This document shows, piece by piece, positions 9,431 to 19,500 of a DNA stretch of 64,000 bases. The notes beneath the pieces were generated by a model. That model saw nothing but the letters and a program-made list of their open reading frames with translations, did no database searches and was not told where the DNA came from. Source of the DNA: Candidatus Heimdallarchaeota archaeon (GTDB lineage: Archaea > Asgardarchaeota > Heimdallarchaeia > Heimdallarchaeales > Heimdallarchaeaceae); contig DAOVER010000004.1 of assembly GCA_030668875.1 (NCBI GenBank), forward strand, positions 15,626 through 79,625, in the 5' to 3' direction. Made by a program: the position numbers and the translations under genes. Numbering within the stretch: the first letter of the stretch is position 1; every line of letters begins with the position of its first letter.

Positions 9431-11407
9431 ATGCCATTAGATATCGAGACACCTCTAAAACCAAGAGGAGACCAACCAAAAGCTATTCAAAAGCTAGTTG
9501 GAGGGATAAAGAAAGGCAATCGATATCAGACTCTTTTGGGGGTTACTGGTTCAGGCAAAACCTATACTATGGCAGCTGTAATTGATAAAATTAAGAAACC
9601 TACTTTGATTATTGGCCCTAACAAAACTCTAGTGGCTCAGCTTTTTGGTGAGTTTAAAACTCTCTTTCCTTCTGCAAGCGTCAATTATTATGTTTCCTTT
9701 TATGACTATTATCAACCTGAAGCATATCTTCCTTCAAAGGATATGTATATTAAGAAGGATGTAGATATAAATGAGGAAATTGAGCGTTTACGACATACTG
9801 CTTTAGAAGCTCTTGCAACTCGCGATGATGTTATCGTATGTGCATCTGTTTCATGTATCTATGGAACAGGCCCTCCTGAATTGTACCGTTCCAATCAGAT
9901 AAAATTGAATGTTGGTGATGCTTTTGATCGACAAAAATTAATGCTTGAACTTGTCAAGAATCAGTATCAACGAAACGATGTTGCACTCACTCGTAAATGT
10001 TTTAGAGTTCGTGGAGATTCTATTGACATCTTCCCATTATATGGTGATTATGTTTATCGCATCGAATTCTTTGGAGATGAAATTGAGCGTTTGACTGCCC
10101 GTCACCCGGTATCCGCAGAGAAGATGAAAGAATATGGGCATTTGTCAATCTTTCCTGGGACACAATACCTTGCCAATGACGCCTACTTTGAGAGAGCTCT
10201 GGAAGATATATCTGTAGAACTTGATATGCGATTAGCTGAATTGGAAAAAGAAAACAAAGTAATAGAAAGGCACCGACTGAAACAACGAGCACTTTATGAT
10301 TTAGAATTATTAAGAGAAACAGGATCCTGCCCAGGTATTGAAAATTACTCAAGACACTTTGATAGAAGGAAACCTGGAGAACAACCTTACACCCTTCTTG
10401 ATCACTTTCCAGAAGACTTCCTGTTAATCGTTGATGAATCACATTTAACGATACCACAAATACGAGGAATGTATGGTGGTGATCATTCTAGAAAGAAGAA
10501 TCTGATCGAATACGGTTTTAGACTTCCATCAGCACACGATAACAGACCTTTCAAATTTAATGAGTTCCGTAACTACATGAATACAGTCATCTTTGCTAGT
10601 GCTACTCCTGCTCCCTTTGAATTCCAAGTATCAAATCAGGTTATTGAACAAATTATACGTCCTACTGGTTTGGTTGATCCCAAAATAGATTTAAGATCAA
10701 CAAACGGACAAATTACCGATCTTCTAAGTGAGATTAATCAGAGAACGAGTAAGGGTGAAAGAGTTCTTGTAACAACTTTGACGAAAAAAAGCGCTGAAAT
10801 GCTTTCGGATTACCTTCTTGACATGAAAGTAAAATCTGTTTATCTTCATCATGAAGTGGTTACTTTAGAAAGGATTTCCATCCTCCGTGATTTAAGATTA
10901 GGTAAGTATGATGTTGTAGTTGGTATTAATCTTTTAAGAGAAGGTTTGGATTTACCTGAAGTTGCTCTTGTTGCTATTCTTGATGCAGATAAAGAAGGTT
11001 TTCTACGATCTAGGAGTTCATTAATACAACTAATGGGGCGTGCTAGTAGAAATGTACACGGTAGTGTTATTCTTTACGCAGATAATTTGACTAATTCAAT
11101 GAAAACAGCTATTGCAGAAAATAATCGTAGAAGAAGATTACAACAAGATTACAATAAACAACATGGTATTAAGCCAACAACAATCAGAAAAGAAGTTAAA
11201 TCCATTGTAGAACACCTTATGCAAATTACACCCAAAGAAGAGGAAAAAATTGAAGTACCCAAGGGTCTTACGAAGGAAGATCTTCTTTATGTTATTGAAG
11301 ATTTATCTAGCCAAATGGCTGAAGCAGCAGGAATATTAGATTTTGAAAAAGCTGCTCTTTATCGCGATAAAATTCAAGAACTTGAGAAAATGGTGGAAAG
11401 CAGATGA
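9431..11407 (+). CDS. uvrB: Excinuclease ABC subunit B (UvrB)
   Basis: GDQPKAI, the GVTGSGKT P-loop, helicase motifs and a C-terminal UvrB/UvrC interaction helix. Start placed at the Met with SD (MPLDIETPLKPRGDQP); the ORF track extends it to 9371. Confidence 0.9.
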   Translation: MPLDIETPLKPRGDQPKAIQKLVGGIKKGNRYQTLLGVTGSGKTYTMAAVIDKIKKPTLIIGPNKTLVAQLFGEFKTLFPSASVNYYVSFYDYYQPEAYLPSKDMYIKKDVDINEEIERLRHTALEALATRDDVIVCASVSCIYGTGPPELYRSNQIKLNVGDAFDRQKLMLELVKNQYQRNDVALTRKCFRVRGDSIDIFPLYGDYVYRIEFFGDEIERLTARHPVSAEKMKEYGHLSIFPGTQYLANDAYFERALEDISVELDMRLAELEKENKVIERHRLKQRALYDLELLRETGSCPGIENYSRHFDRRKPGEQPYTLLDHFPEDFLLIVDESHLTIPQIRGMYGGDHSRKKNLIEYGFRLPSAHDNRPFKFNEFRNYMNTVIFASATPAPFEFQVSNQVIEQIIRPTGLVDPKIDLRSTNGQITDLLSEINQRTSKGERVLVTTLTKKSAEMLSDYLLDMKVKSVYLHHEVVTLERISILRDLRLGKYDVVVGINLLREGLDLPEVALVAILDADKEGFLRSRSSLIQLMGRASRNVHGSVILYADNLTNSMKTAIAENNRRRRLQQDYNKQHGIKPTTIRKEVKSIVEHLMQITPKEEEKIEVPKGLTKEDLLYVIEDLSSQMAEAAGILDFEKAALYRDKIQELEKMVESR

Positions 11408-13221
11408 GCCTTTTATCAGATTTAGAATCTTTACCTTTAGAACCCGGAGTTTATCTAATTAAGGATAAAGATGAAAAAATTGTATATGTCGGTAAAGCTA
11501 AAAACATTCGAAACCGAGTAAAACAACATTTTCAAACTACTCATGACCCAAAAGAGGATAAACTACAGGAGTTAGCTAGTAGAGTAGATTGGGTGATTAC
11601 AAGAAATGAATCAGAGGCTCTAATTTTAGAAAAGAAATTAGTGAAACAGCTTTCACCTAGATTAAACAGCCAACTGAAAGATGACAAATCACATCTTCTA
11701 ATTCGTATATCGATGGAAGATGAATACCCTCAGTTTTATATTGCTAGAGAAACTGATTCTAGAATTCCTAAAAGTGTATACTTTGGTCCCTTTACCAATG
11801 ATACGATGCTTAGACAAACAGCAAAACTTGTTCTGAAACTATTTCCAATATGTGATTGTGGGAAGTGTAAAGAACAAACTAGAAAAAGTAAAGCTCCTCT
11901 ACGTTGCATGAGAGAACGATTGGGCAGGTGCTTAGCTCCATGTTTAAATGACGTTTCTCCTGAAGAATATGGAAAAACAGTCAAAAACGTTATCGCTTTT
12001 CTAAAGGGCGACGTTGCTGATTTACTTGATAATCTTGGAAGGGAAATGTGGACAGCTTCTGAAGGATCAAATTTCGAAAAAGCTGCAAACCTGCGTGACC
12101 TTATTCAAGCTGTTTATACAATTTTGAACATACAAAAAGATCTACACTCAAAGAAAAGGAATGTTGACTTATTGGCTTATAGAGAAGAGGATAGTATCCT
12201 TTCTTTATGTAAGATAGAAATTCGAGAATACAGAATTCACAACATTAAAGCTTTCATTTATGACGAGAAAGAAGAGATGTTAAATCTGGGTGAAGTGTTA
12301 ACCTACATCTATGGTTTAGAGAAACCGAGATATAAGATTCAAGCTAGTAATGACTTCATTTCTAGGTTCAAGAATAATATTGGTTTCCAAATTTTAAGTA
12401 TTAGAGGAGATACAGCTAAACAACTAAACGATGTTACAGAGAAGAATGCATCTAAAGAATTACAAAAGTATATGCGAGAATTAAAACACCATGAGGACGC
12501 GGAAACCGTTCTAGAGGAAGTGAAAACCATTCTTTGTTTAGATAAAATGCCGGAGATAATACATGGTTTTGATATATCGACATTGAAAGGGCAACATTCA
12601 GTAGGTTCTTGTGTAGTTTTTGCTAATGGGAAACCAAGGAAAGACCTATACAGACGTTTTCGTATTAGAAAAGAATATTCAGATCCCAATGATTATGAAA
12701 TGATGAAGGAAGTAATTTCCCGTAGATACAAATCCGACACTCTCAAAAAGGATCCTTTACCGAATCTGCTGATAATTGATGGTGGGAAGGGACAACTGAA
12801 TATTGCTGTAAAAGTTTTAAAGACCTTGCAATTGAACGTTCCAGCAATAAGCATCGCTAAGAAAAACGAGGAAATATTTGTAGAAAATCAAAGCGAACCA
12901 ATCAAACTTGAACAAAAGTCAGCTGTTCTAAGGTTAATTCAATATGTCAGAGATGAGTCTCACAGGTTTGCAATAAATTACCACAAGAAGCTAAGAGAAA
13001 AGTCTGTAAAGCGGACAATATTCGATGATATCAAGGGAATCGGTAAGAGTAAAGTCCAGGCTCTATTCCACGAATACAAAAACATACAAGAAATTGCTAA
13101 TTCTGATATATCTGAAATGAAAAAAGTTTTAGCTGTTAATGAAAAAATAGCTACGCAAGTTATAGATTTAGCTAAAAAAAATTTGAATAAGAACTACATT
13201 CGAGAAAATTCGAATAAATAA
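11404..13221 (+). CDS. uvrC: Excinuclease ABC subunit C (UvrC)
   Basis: N-terminal GIY-YIG (GVYLIKDKDEKIVYVGKAKNIRNRV), UvrBC-binding region, C-terminal RNase H-like/HhH region; 4-nt overlap with uvrB. Confidence 0.9.
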   Translation: MSLLSDLESLPLEPGVYLIKDKDEKIVYVGKAKNIRNRVKQHFQTTHDPKEDKLQELASRVDWVITRNESEALILEKKLVKQLSPRLNSQLKDDKSHLLIRISMEDEYPQFYIARETDSRIPKSVYFGPFTNDTMLRQTAKLVLKLFPICDCGKCKEQTRKSKAPLRCMRERLGRCLAPCLNDVSPEEYGKTVKNVIAFLKGDVADLLDNLGREMWTASEGSNFEKAANLRDLIQAVYTILNIQKDLHSKKRNVDLLAYREEDSILSLCKIEIREYRIHNIKAFIYDEKEEMLNLGEVLTYIYGLEKPRYKIQASNDFISRFKNNIGFQILSIRGDTAKQLNDVTEKNASKELQKYMRELKHHEDAETVLEEVKTILCLDKMPEIIHGFDISTLKGQHSVGSCVVFANGKPRKDLYRRFRIRKEYSDPNDYEMMKEVISRRYKSDTLKKDPLPNLLIIDGGKGQLNIAVKVLKTLQLNVPAISIAKKNEEIFVENQSEPIKLEQKSAVLRLIQYVRDESHRFAINYHKKLREKSVKRTIFDDIKGIGKSKVQALFHEYKNIQEIANSDISEMKKVLAVNEKIATQVIDLAKKNLNKNYIRENSNK

Positions 13222-13266
13222 CTATAAAAGACACTAAGTTAATAGATTTATTTAGTGAATAAATAG

Positions 13267-14139
13267 ATGAAAAAAAGATTATTTGTCAATTTAGGAGTTC
13301 TTTTACTTGTTACATCATTGGCTTTTGTTACACCAACAAAAGCAGCAACCAATTGGGGGGTTGAAACAGATGTAATAAATAAATATGAATTGATAACTCT
13401 CAAGTTGGGAGGTTTAAATTATGCAGATTACTTCGGTGAAAACTTGACTTTGAGAGTAGCTTTTGACAGTTTTGATGATACTGGATATACTTATACTACA
13501 TACAATTCTACAGGAGGCACTTCAGTTAATGAGACAAGGTTTATTGAAATGCCAGTGGGAGAAGAAAATGTAACTTTACCTGAAGGATTACCTATTGCTT
13601 TACCATTATCCATAGGATCAATACCCGATTATCTCCTTTATTTTGGTCAGTTCATAAATACGTCAAATTCGTTCTACCTACTTGAAGAATTATTGCTCAA
13701 TATCACTGAATATGCAAATGTAACATATACTGCAGCACATTCTTTGTTAGATGAAACGTATCTAAAATTATATTTTGACTTGTTTGCCCCAGAAGTTAAT
13801 GCGTCAATTCTTTCTGAACTGATGGGAGAAGGTGATACAGGGTTACCAATTGCTTTGCCTGCTAATATAACAGATTTCAACCTTAATACAACTATCAAAT
13901 TTAACTCGACAAGTGGTTTACTCTATGATATGACCTTCATAATACGTTCCCAGTCTCATATTGGTGATTACAAAGAAGCTTTTGATGTAGATATCAAGTA
14001 TGCGCTTTATGTTCCTCCTCCTCCCGAACCTACTGAACCTCCTGAAACTGAGCCTACTGAGTCTCCATATCCGTGGTTTTTACCAACGATTACAGTTTTT
14101 GTGATAGCAAGTGTGCTGATAGTTAGAAGAAGGAAATAG
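13267..14139 (+). CDS. Secreted N-glycoprotein with a C-terminal tripartite sorting signal (PGF/PEF-CTERM-like)
   Basis: Signal peptide MKKRLFVNLGVLLLVTSLAFVTPTKA; many N-x-S/T sequons; C-terminus is a Pro/Thr/Glu-rich linker, then PWF, a TM helix and RRRK. Confidence 0.6.
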   Translation: MKKRLFVNLGVLLLVTSLAFVTPTKAATNWGVETDVINKYELITLKLGGLNYADYFGENLTLRVAFDSFDDTGYTYTTYNSTGGTSVNETRFIEMPVGEENVTLPEGLPIALPLSIGSIPDYLLYFGQFINTSNSFYLLEELLLNITEYANVTYTAAHSLLDETYLKLYFDLFAPEVNASILSELMGEGDTGLPIALPANITDFNLNTTIKFNSTSGLLYDMTFIIRSQSHIGDYKEAFDVDIKYALYVPPPPEPTEPPETEPTESPYPWFLPTITVFVIASVLIVRRRK

Positions 14140-14210
14140 TTCTCCTTATTTCTTCACTTTATTGTGCACAACTTTTTTTTAATTCTAAATTAATCTTTTC
14201 TTGAAATATA

Positions 14211-15326
14211 TTGAATCTTAAACAGGAAGAATATTTGATTCTTAAACACATCCTCAAAGAACCTATCATTCCTTATAGCAAATTGGCTGAAAAAATTAAA
14301 ATCTCTCCTCCAACAGTGAAGAAGAGAATTGAAAAACTAATTGAGGAACAAGTAATCAAAAGCTTCCACGCTGAGTATCATCCTGAGTCACTAGGTTTAG
14401 AAAGTCACATATTTCTCTTGCGTGTAGATTCAATTGATAAATATAGAATCGTAGAAAGAATTGTTGATTATCACCCATATCTAGTAGTTAGACAGCGATG
14501 CTATGGTGGTATAACAGGAATATTTCTAAAAGTACATATCCCTATAGGTTCAATAAATAAATTTCTTGAATTTCTCAATTACATTAAAGATAACAACCTT
14601 ATTGCTGAGGTTGTACATTCAACAACAATAGGAACGGGTATTAAAACTCATAGTGATCTTACATATTGGGAACCCACCACTGGTAAATGGTTCTTCAATT
14701 GGGATATCTGGAAGAAAAATATTGACAGCGTTGATTATATTCCTCAGTTTGACTATTTTCAAAGAATAGCTAGAGAAAAACCTAAGAACGTTCTAAGCCA
14801 CCTGAAATATCTTGATTTTCTTTTACTGCAGGAGCTTGTTCGTGATCCTACACAGAAATATGCAGATTTATCAAAACAGCTAGGAACACCGCAATACACA
14901 ATTTCTCGTCGAAAGAAATTTTTGAACAAATATGTTATCCGAAATTATCTTGTAGACGTTGATAGATCGTTCTTTGGGCTCGAAGATGAGTTAGTTTTCA
15001 AAGTTATATGTAGTCAACGTGCGATGACAAAGGTCATTTATCTGATTAAGAATCTTCCCCTTCCTTTTGTATCGGATTTTCGTCATACTGAAAAGGGCTT
15101 TCTCTGGAAAATGCTTCTTCCTCCTAAGGACAAATTGGAACTAATTAACCTTCTTTGGTCACTATTTCCTGATCTACAAATAATGATGCTTGATCCTCAA
15201 ACAACTGTTACAAAACCATTTAATCCCAATAATTATTCATTTATTGAACAATCTTGGAAGGATTCAGTTGAATATATGATTGAACAATCATTAGATAAAG
15301 CTCGTGGTGAATTAATACTTGCATGA
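14211..15326 (+). CDS. Tandem Lrp/AsnC-type transcriptional regulator (two HTH-containing repeats)
   Basis: Two AsnC-type HTH segments (YLILKHILKEPIIPYSKLAEKIKISPPTVKKRIEKL and LDFLLLQELVRDPTQKYADLSKQLGTPQYTISRRKKFL). The track start is TTG, so the true start is uncertain. Confidence 0.55.
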   Translation: MNLKQEEYLILKHILKEPIIPYSKLAEKIKISPPTVKKRIEKLIEEQVIKSFHAEYHPESLGLESHIFLLRVDSIDKYRIVERIVDYHPYLVVRQRCYGGITGIFLKVHIPIGSINKFLEFLNYIKDNNLIAEVVHSTTIGTGIKTHSDLTYWEPTTGKWFFNWDIWKKNIDSVDYIPQFDYFQRIAREKPKNVLSHLKYLDFLLLQELVRDPTQKYADLSKQLGTPQYTISRRKKFLNKYVIRNYLVDVDRSFFGLEDELVFKVICSQRAMTKVIYLIKNLPLPFVSDFRHTEKGFLWKMLLPPKDKLELINLLWSLFPDLQIMMLDPQTTVTKPFNPNNYSFIEQSWKDSVEYMIEQSLDKARGELILA

Positions 15327-15370
15327 GTTTGCTCGTTTAGAAAAGAAGTTTAGTGCCATCTGTTTGGCAT

Positions 15371-18300
15371 TTAGACTATTGCTCGAAGCTCATGAACTAT
15401 GTCATGCTTCATCTGTTTTCTGATTGGACTAATTATTCCTAATACAGCTGCAATTATCAAAGTAACAATCATAATAAGTAGAGAGACTACGTCAATGTGT
15501 AATGTCATAACCACAACTTCTTGAGATATGAGTAAAGGCTTCAGGAAACTCATTCCCATTAACGTTGTAATAATACCTAAGGGTATACCAACTATTATTG
15601 TAGCTAAAATGAATATTGATATCTCGTAGATAAGCTGCTTTCTTATATTACTCTGTCTTCCACCTAATGCCATCAAAACTGCATATTCCCTTCTTCTTTG
15701 TTCTAATATGAACTCGGTTGAGATTACAACATACACAATTGCTATGATGTTAACGAAAATTGCTCCAATCAACAATACTACAGTAATTGGTGGAATATAT
15801 CCTGTTATGAAATAGCCAATATAGTCGGGGTTAATTTTCTCTGGATTTACGTTAAACAGAGGATTAAGAACCCTTATTTGTTCAGCAATAACTTCAACAT
15901 CTGCACCATCACTCACATCTGCAAGGAAAAGCGTGCCATTCTCCACACCTAATCCAGTAATAAGTTCCTTGTTTACAAGTACCCACTCGTTCGTGATTCT
16001 GTTCATTTTAGGATCATGTCCGTGTGCAATCCCTAAACCTGGTGCTGATTCAATAACAGCAGATACATTGAATCGCATGTAGAATGGCCCTCCTCTAAAA
16101 TCTGTTACAAACATAGTTTTTCCTACAGAGAAACCAAGTCTTTCGGCTATATATTTACTCAGAATAATCCCTGTTTGATTCGCTCCTAAATCTGTTAAAG
16201 CGTTATCAGCATTAGTTTCTGGGAAACTCTCATCTATCCATCTACCTATATCCAAATAATCTGGTGCATTTATGCCGAAAACCTCGACATTTTGATAGCC
16301 GATTGAGGCTACAATTGAATAGAACCCTAATGTTTTTTCAATTCCAGGGATGCTGCTAATCTTCTCTTCGTATTCTGAAATATTGACTGGAAGGATGCTT
16401 TGGATTCTTATATCCGCTCCTTTTCTATAAACATCTTCTGCTTCGAGATTGTGGATAGTTGTTGATCTTATCATGATAGAAGAACTCAACAAACATACCA
16501 TTAACACTAAAAAGAAAGTCAGATCAGCTAGGCTTTTTCTTGTCCTTTTGATATTTCGAAATATAAAAAAACTTTTTCCTCTAAATGTTCGATTATAAAT
16601 TTTTTCGATGCTTTTTAGTATATAATTTACTCCTAAAGATGCAAAGTAACATGCATAGAAAGCAACCATTCTAATGAAAAAATCGAAGAAAGCTAATACA
16701 AATAACCCTTGTCTTGTCCTTTTGATATCTTGAAGTGCGACGTAACTTTTTCTTGTCTTTTCGATATCTAGAAATGTAATGTAACTTTTTCTTGTCCCTT
16801 TGATATTTCGAAATGTGACGTAACTTTTTCTTCTAAATATTCGTTTAAAGATACCTTCGATGCTTTTTAGTATATAATTTACTCCTAAAGATGCAAAGTA
16901 ACATCCAAAGAAAACAACTCCAATAAAAACATAGAGTGTCTTGGAACTGGCTGATATTAGATTGAAGCCGAATGTGTAACTTTCTCCTGCTAAGGATACA
17001 TAGTCTAAATATAAAAATATAAAACCAGCAATAGTTAAAGCAAATGCAGCTAGTTTCATACTTAAACCAACAATCTGTTGTCCCTTTCTAGTTATCAAAA
17101 ATGATTCTTGAATGTCTTTTCTAACATAAGAAATTACATTGATTAGTGTAACCCCTAGGTATACCCCCAATACTAGAACCGAAAAGATTTCTATCTCATA
17201 CGGAGAAATCTCCAAGTACTGGAAATATCTCAGAAAGAGTGTTGTGCTAAAGAATCCATCGTGTCCAAATGATGGAACAAGAGCAGCTATTAATATCCCA
17301 AAACCTATGCTTAAAACAAGAGAAACGCTACTTATAAGAATGAATTCACCGAAGAAGAGACCAACAATCTGTCCGCTTGATGCACCTCTCGATCTTAGAA
17401 ACGCAATCTCTTCTCTTCTTCTCTTAATTGTAATTTGTGTAGATAAAACTGTTAGAAATATTGCTGATGCAATGGTAGGTAAGAATAATGAAGTAGCACT
17501 AAAAGACCTTCGGTACTCATCTGCCATCGTTTGGATCTCTTGAGAAATAATGTAACAAAATGAATGGAAAAACCTGATCTCTATTCTCTCTTTTAGAGCA
17601 AGGAGATTATCTGGCATCTGAGTGATGCCGCCCTCCCTTAATAACTGTGCATTGGTTTTTATTAGTAATCTAGGTAGTATTCCGTTACTATCCATTACGA
17701 ATAAATCTACTCCAGTCATATCTTCAGCTGGAAATAGTATTGAGTCAAGTATAATCCCACCTGCTCCCTCAGATCCTCCTCCAACTAGTCTTTCAACTAT
17801 TGAATTATGTCCTACGTAATTATATATTCCTGAAATCGTATAATTTTCATAACTAGTTTCCTCAATATCAAAATATTGCATTGTATGTTCTCCCTCATCT
17901 GTGTTTGGGATTCTACGGGTGATAGCTACATTGAGAACATATCCTGGAGAAATTGTTTCGTTATACACTTTTTCTAACTGTTTTGCTTGGGTATAACTAA
18001 CAAGTATCTCGCCAGAATTTAGTGTCGCATTTCCTTCAATTTCCAGATTGAGTTTTATTCTATCAATTGAACGAGATGAAACAACAAATGCTGATGAGAG
18101 TGATAATGGATTAGTCATATTATCTTGATTTTCCTCAGGATACCATCTATATGGCGGATCATCATCTTCAGGATCATAAACTTTATCTTCATAATTAAAC
18201 AGAGCTACGGTAGGAAATATCCAATCTGCTTGCTTAACCAATGGGTCATAGAAGACAAATTCGTAAACTTCATCCATACGGTTTATCAAAAATGTTGAAA

Positions 18301-18550
18301 TAAACATTTCATAATCTAAAGTTTCAATATAATCATCTGCTATGATTTTCTGTGATGTGTTTGTCCATATTGATGAAGTAAAGAGGATAGACATTGAAAA
18401 AACTAAACCAATAATAATAATGATGGTGCTTCTTTTTTTGTTCTTAATATTTTTCCAAATTAAGCGAAGATTAAATAGAAAACCATAAAACACTCTTGAA
18501 TAGAACGAACCTCCAGCATCTGAGCTTACAAAATCATCTTTTTCGTTCAT
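15371..18550 (-). CDS. ABC transporter permease with two FtsX domains (MacB/YtrF-like), large extracytoplasmic domains and an internal duplication
   Basis: Two FtsX-type TM bundles (LRSRGASSGQIVG...; LMALGGRQSNIRKQ...) and an N-terminal TM anchor; 1059 aa; contains the repeat region 16537-16915. Confidence 0.75.
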   Translation of the reverse strand: MNEKDDFVSSDAGGSFYSRVFYGFLFNLRLIWKNIKNKKRSTIIIIIGLVFSMSILFTSSIWTNTSQKIIADDYIETLDYEMFISTFLINRMDEVYEFVFYDPLVKQADWIFPTVALFNYEDKVYDPEDDDPPYRWYPEENQDNMTNPLSLSSAFVVSSRSIDRIKLNLEIEGNATLNSGEILVSYTQAKQLEKVYNETISPGYVLNVAITRRIPNTDEGEHTMQYFDIEETSYENYTISGIYNYVGHNSIVERLVGGGSEGAGGIILDSILFPAEDMTGVDLFVMDSNGILPRLLIKTNAQLLREGGITQMPDNLLALKERIEIRFFHSFCYIISQEIQTMADEYRRSFSATSLFLPTIASAIFLTVLSTQITIKRRREEIAFLRSRGASSGQIVGLFFGEFILISSVSLVLSIGFGILIAALVPSFGHDGFFSTTLFLRYFQYLEISPYEIEIFSVLVLGVYLGVTLINVISYVRKDIQESFLITRKGQQIVGLSMKLAAFALTIAGFIFLYLDYVSLAGESYTFGFNLISASSKTLYVFIGVVFFGCYFASLGVNYILKSIEGIFKRIFRRKSYVTFRNIKGTRKSYITFLDIEKTRKSYVALQDIKRTRQGLFVLAFFDFFIRMVAFYACYFASLGVNYILKSIEKIYNRTFRGKSFFIFRNIKRTRKSLADLTFFLVLMVCLLSSSIMIRSTTIHNLEAEDVYRKGADIRIQSILPVNISEYEEKISSIPGIEKTLGFYSIVASIGYQNVEVFGINAPDYLDIGRWIDESFPETNADNALTDLGANQTGIILSKYIAERLGFSVGKTMFVTDFRGGPFYMRFNVSAVIESAPGLGIAHGHDPKMNRITNEWVLVNKELITGLGVENGTLFLADVSDGADVEVIAEQIRVLNPLFNVNPEKINPDYIGYFITGYIPPITVVLLIGAIFVNIIAIVYVVISTEFILEQRRREYAVLMALGGRQSNIRKQLIYEISIFILATIIVGIPLGIITTLMGMSFLKPLLISQEVVVMTLHIDVVSLLIMIVTLIIAAVLGIISPIRKQMKHDIVHELRAIV
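16537..16915. repeat. Intragenic ~130-nt direct duplication flanking three 42-nt tandem repeats
   Basis: Copies at ~16537-16665 and ~16787-16915, with a 49-nt perfect core TTCGATGCTTTTTAGTATATAATTTACTCCTAAAGATGCAAAGTAACAT in each. In between are 42-nt units (..TGTCCTTTTGATAT.TGAA.TG..CGTAACTTTTTCT) encoding RKSYVTFRNIKGT/RKSYITFLDIEKT/RKSYVALQDIKRT. Confidence 0.8.
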
Positions 18551-19299
18551 ATTTTATCGCCTTTGAATTTATACTTGAAGTTCTTCTCATCAAATTCTAT
18601 ATTATCAAAACTTGATTGACCATTTTCGACAACTAAACCATTTTGTATAAGAAAAATGCGTTTTGCTAGTTTAGTTACATAAGGGTCATGTGTAGTGTAA
18701 ATAAACGTCATTTGACGTTGTTGAGCAATACCTAGTAGTAAATTTATAATTTCGTCACCAGCTTTACTATCCAAAGTTCCTGTAGGTTCATCGGCGATTA
18801 GAATCGATGGATAGTTTGCTATTGCTCTTGCTATGCATACTCTTTGTTTTTCCCCTGAACTCAATTCTTCTGGGTGGTTTATCGCTTTTTTACGCAAACC
18901 TACTTGCGTTAGTAGTTCCAATGCTCTTTCTTGTGCTTCATCCTCCGTTTTTTCTGCTAATATCATTGGCACCATAATATTTTCTAGTGCTGTTAGATGT
19001 TCTAGTAAATAGAACTCTTGAAAAATGATACCCATTTCTTGCAATCGAAAATCATACAGCTGATTTAGTGTCCACTCACCAATATTTGATCCACCGTACA
19101 AAACCCTTCCTGAAGTAGGTTCGTCTAGTCCTGCTATTATATTTAATGTGGTTGTTTTCCCTGATCCTGATATCCCTAATAGACAAATTACATCTCCCCT
19201 ATTAATGTTAAAGCTTGTTCCCTGTAGAACTGTTAACTCCTCAGCTTTCGAAACAAATGTTTTTGTTAAATTTTCTACCGATATGATTTTTTTGCTCAT
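18547..19299 (-). CDS. ABC transporter ATP-binding protein (MacB/LolD-type)
   Basis: Walker A GISGSGKTT, signature LSSGEKQRV, Walker B ILIADEPTGTLD; 4-nt overlap with the permease gene. Confidence 0.9.
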   Translation of the reverse strand: MSKKIISVENLTKTFVSKAEELTVLQGTSFNINRGDVICLLGISGSGKTTTLNIIAGLDEPTSGRVLYGGSNIGEWTLNQLYDFRLQEMGIIFQEFYLLEHLTALENIMVPMILAEKTEDEAQERALELLTQVGLRKKAINHPEELSSGEKQRVCIARAIANYPSILIADEPTGTLDSKAGDEIINLLLGIAQQRQMTFIYTTHDPYVTKLAKRIFLIQNGLVVENGQSSFDNIEFDEKNFKYKFKGDKI

Positions 19300-19344
19300 A
19301 AGCTTATCGTTCTTTCCGTTTAGATACTTAAATCATTTTGGTTT

Positions 19345-19500
19345 TTAGGAAAGTGCTGTAATTATATAATATCCAATTACAATGAGTAGGAAAAACAACA
19401 TTACCAACCCTACCTTTCCCCAATCACGGGAACCCTCATCATCTTCATATTCTTCTTCTTCTAAAACTTCCTCTTCTGTTTCGACTGTTTCCTCTGACAT
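19345..19500 (-). CDS. Small acidic membrane protein (51 aa)
   Basis: MSEETVETEEEVLEEEEYEDDEGSRDW followed by a TM helix; GGAGAAAG SD upstream of the Met at 19500. The ORF track's longer version (to 19596) is probably an over-extension. Confidence 0.4.
   Translation of the reverse strand: MSEETVETEEEVLEEEEYEDDEGSRDWGKVGLVMLFFLLIVIGYYIITALS

Noticed and set aside
10020-10457. 145-aa minus-strand ORF inside uvrB
   Set aside because: Antisense to a well-supported conserved gene; no SD; shadow ORF. The same reasoning applies to the other listed antisense ORFs (for example 11736-11984, 12339-12689, 17139-17543, 38410-38742, 54122-54478, 59013-59231, 61160-61468).
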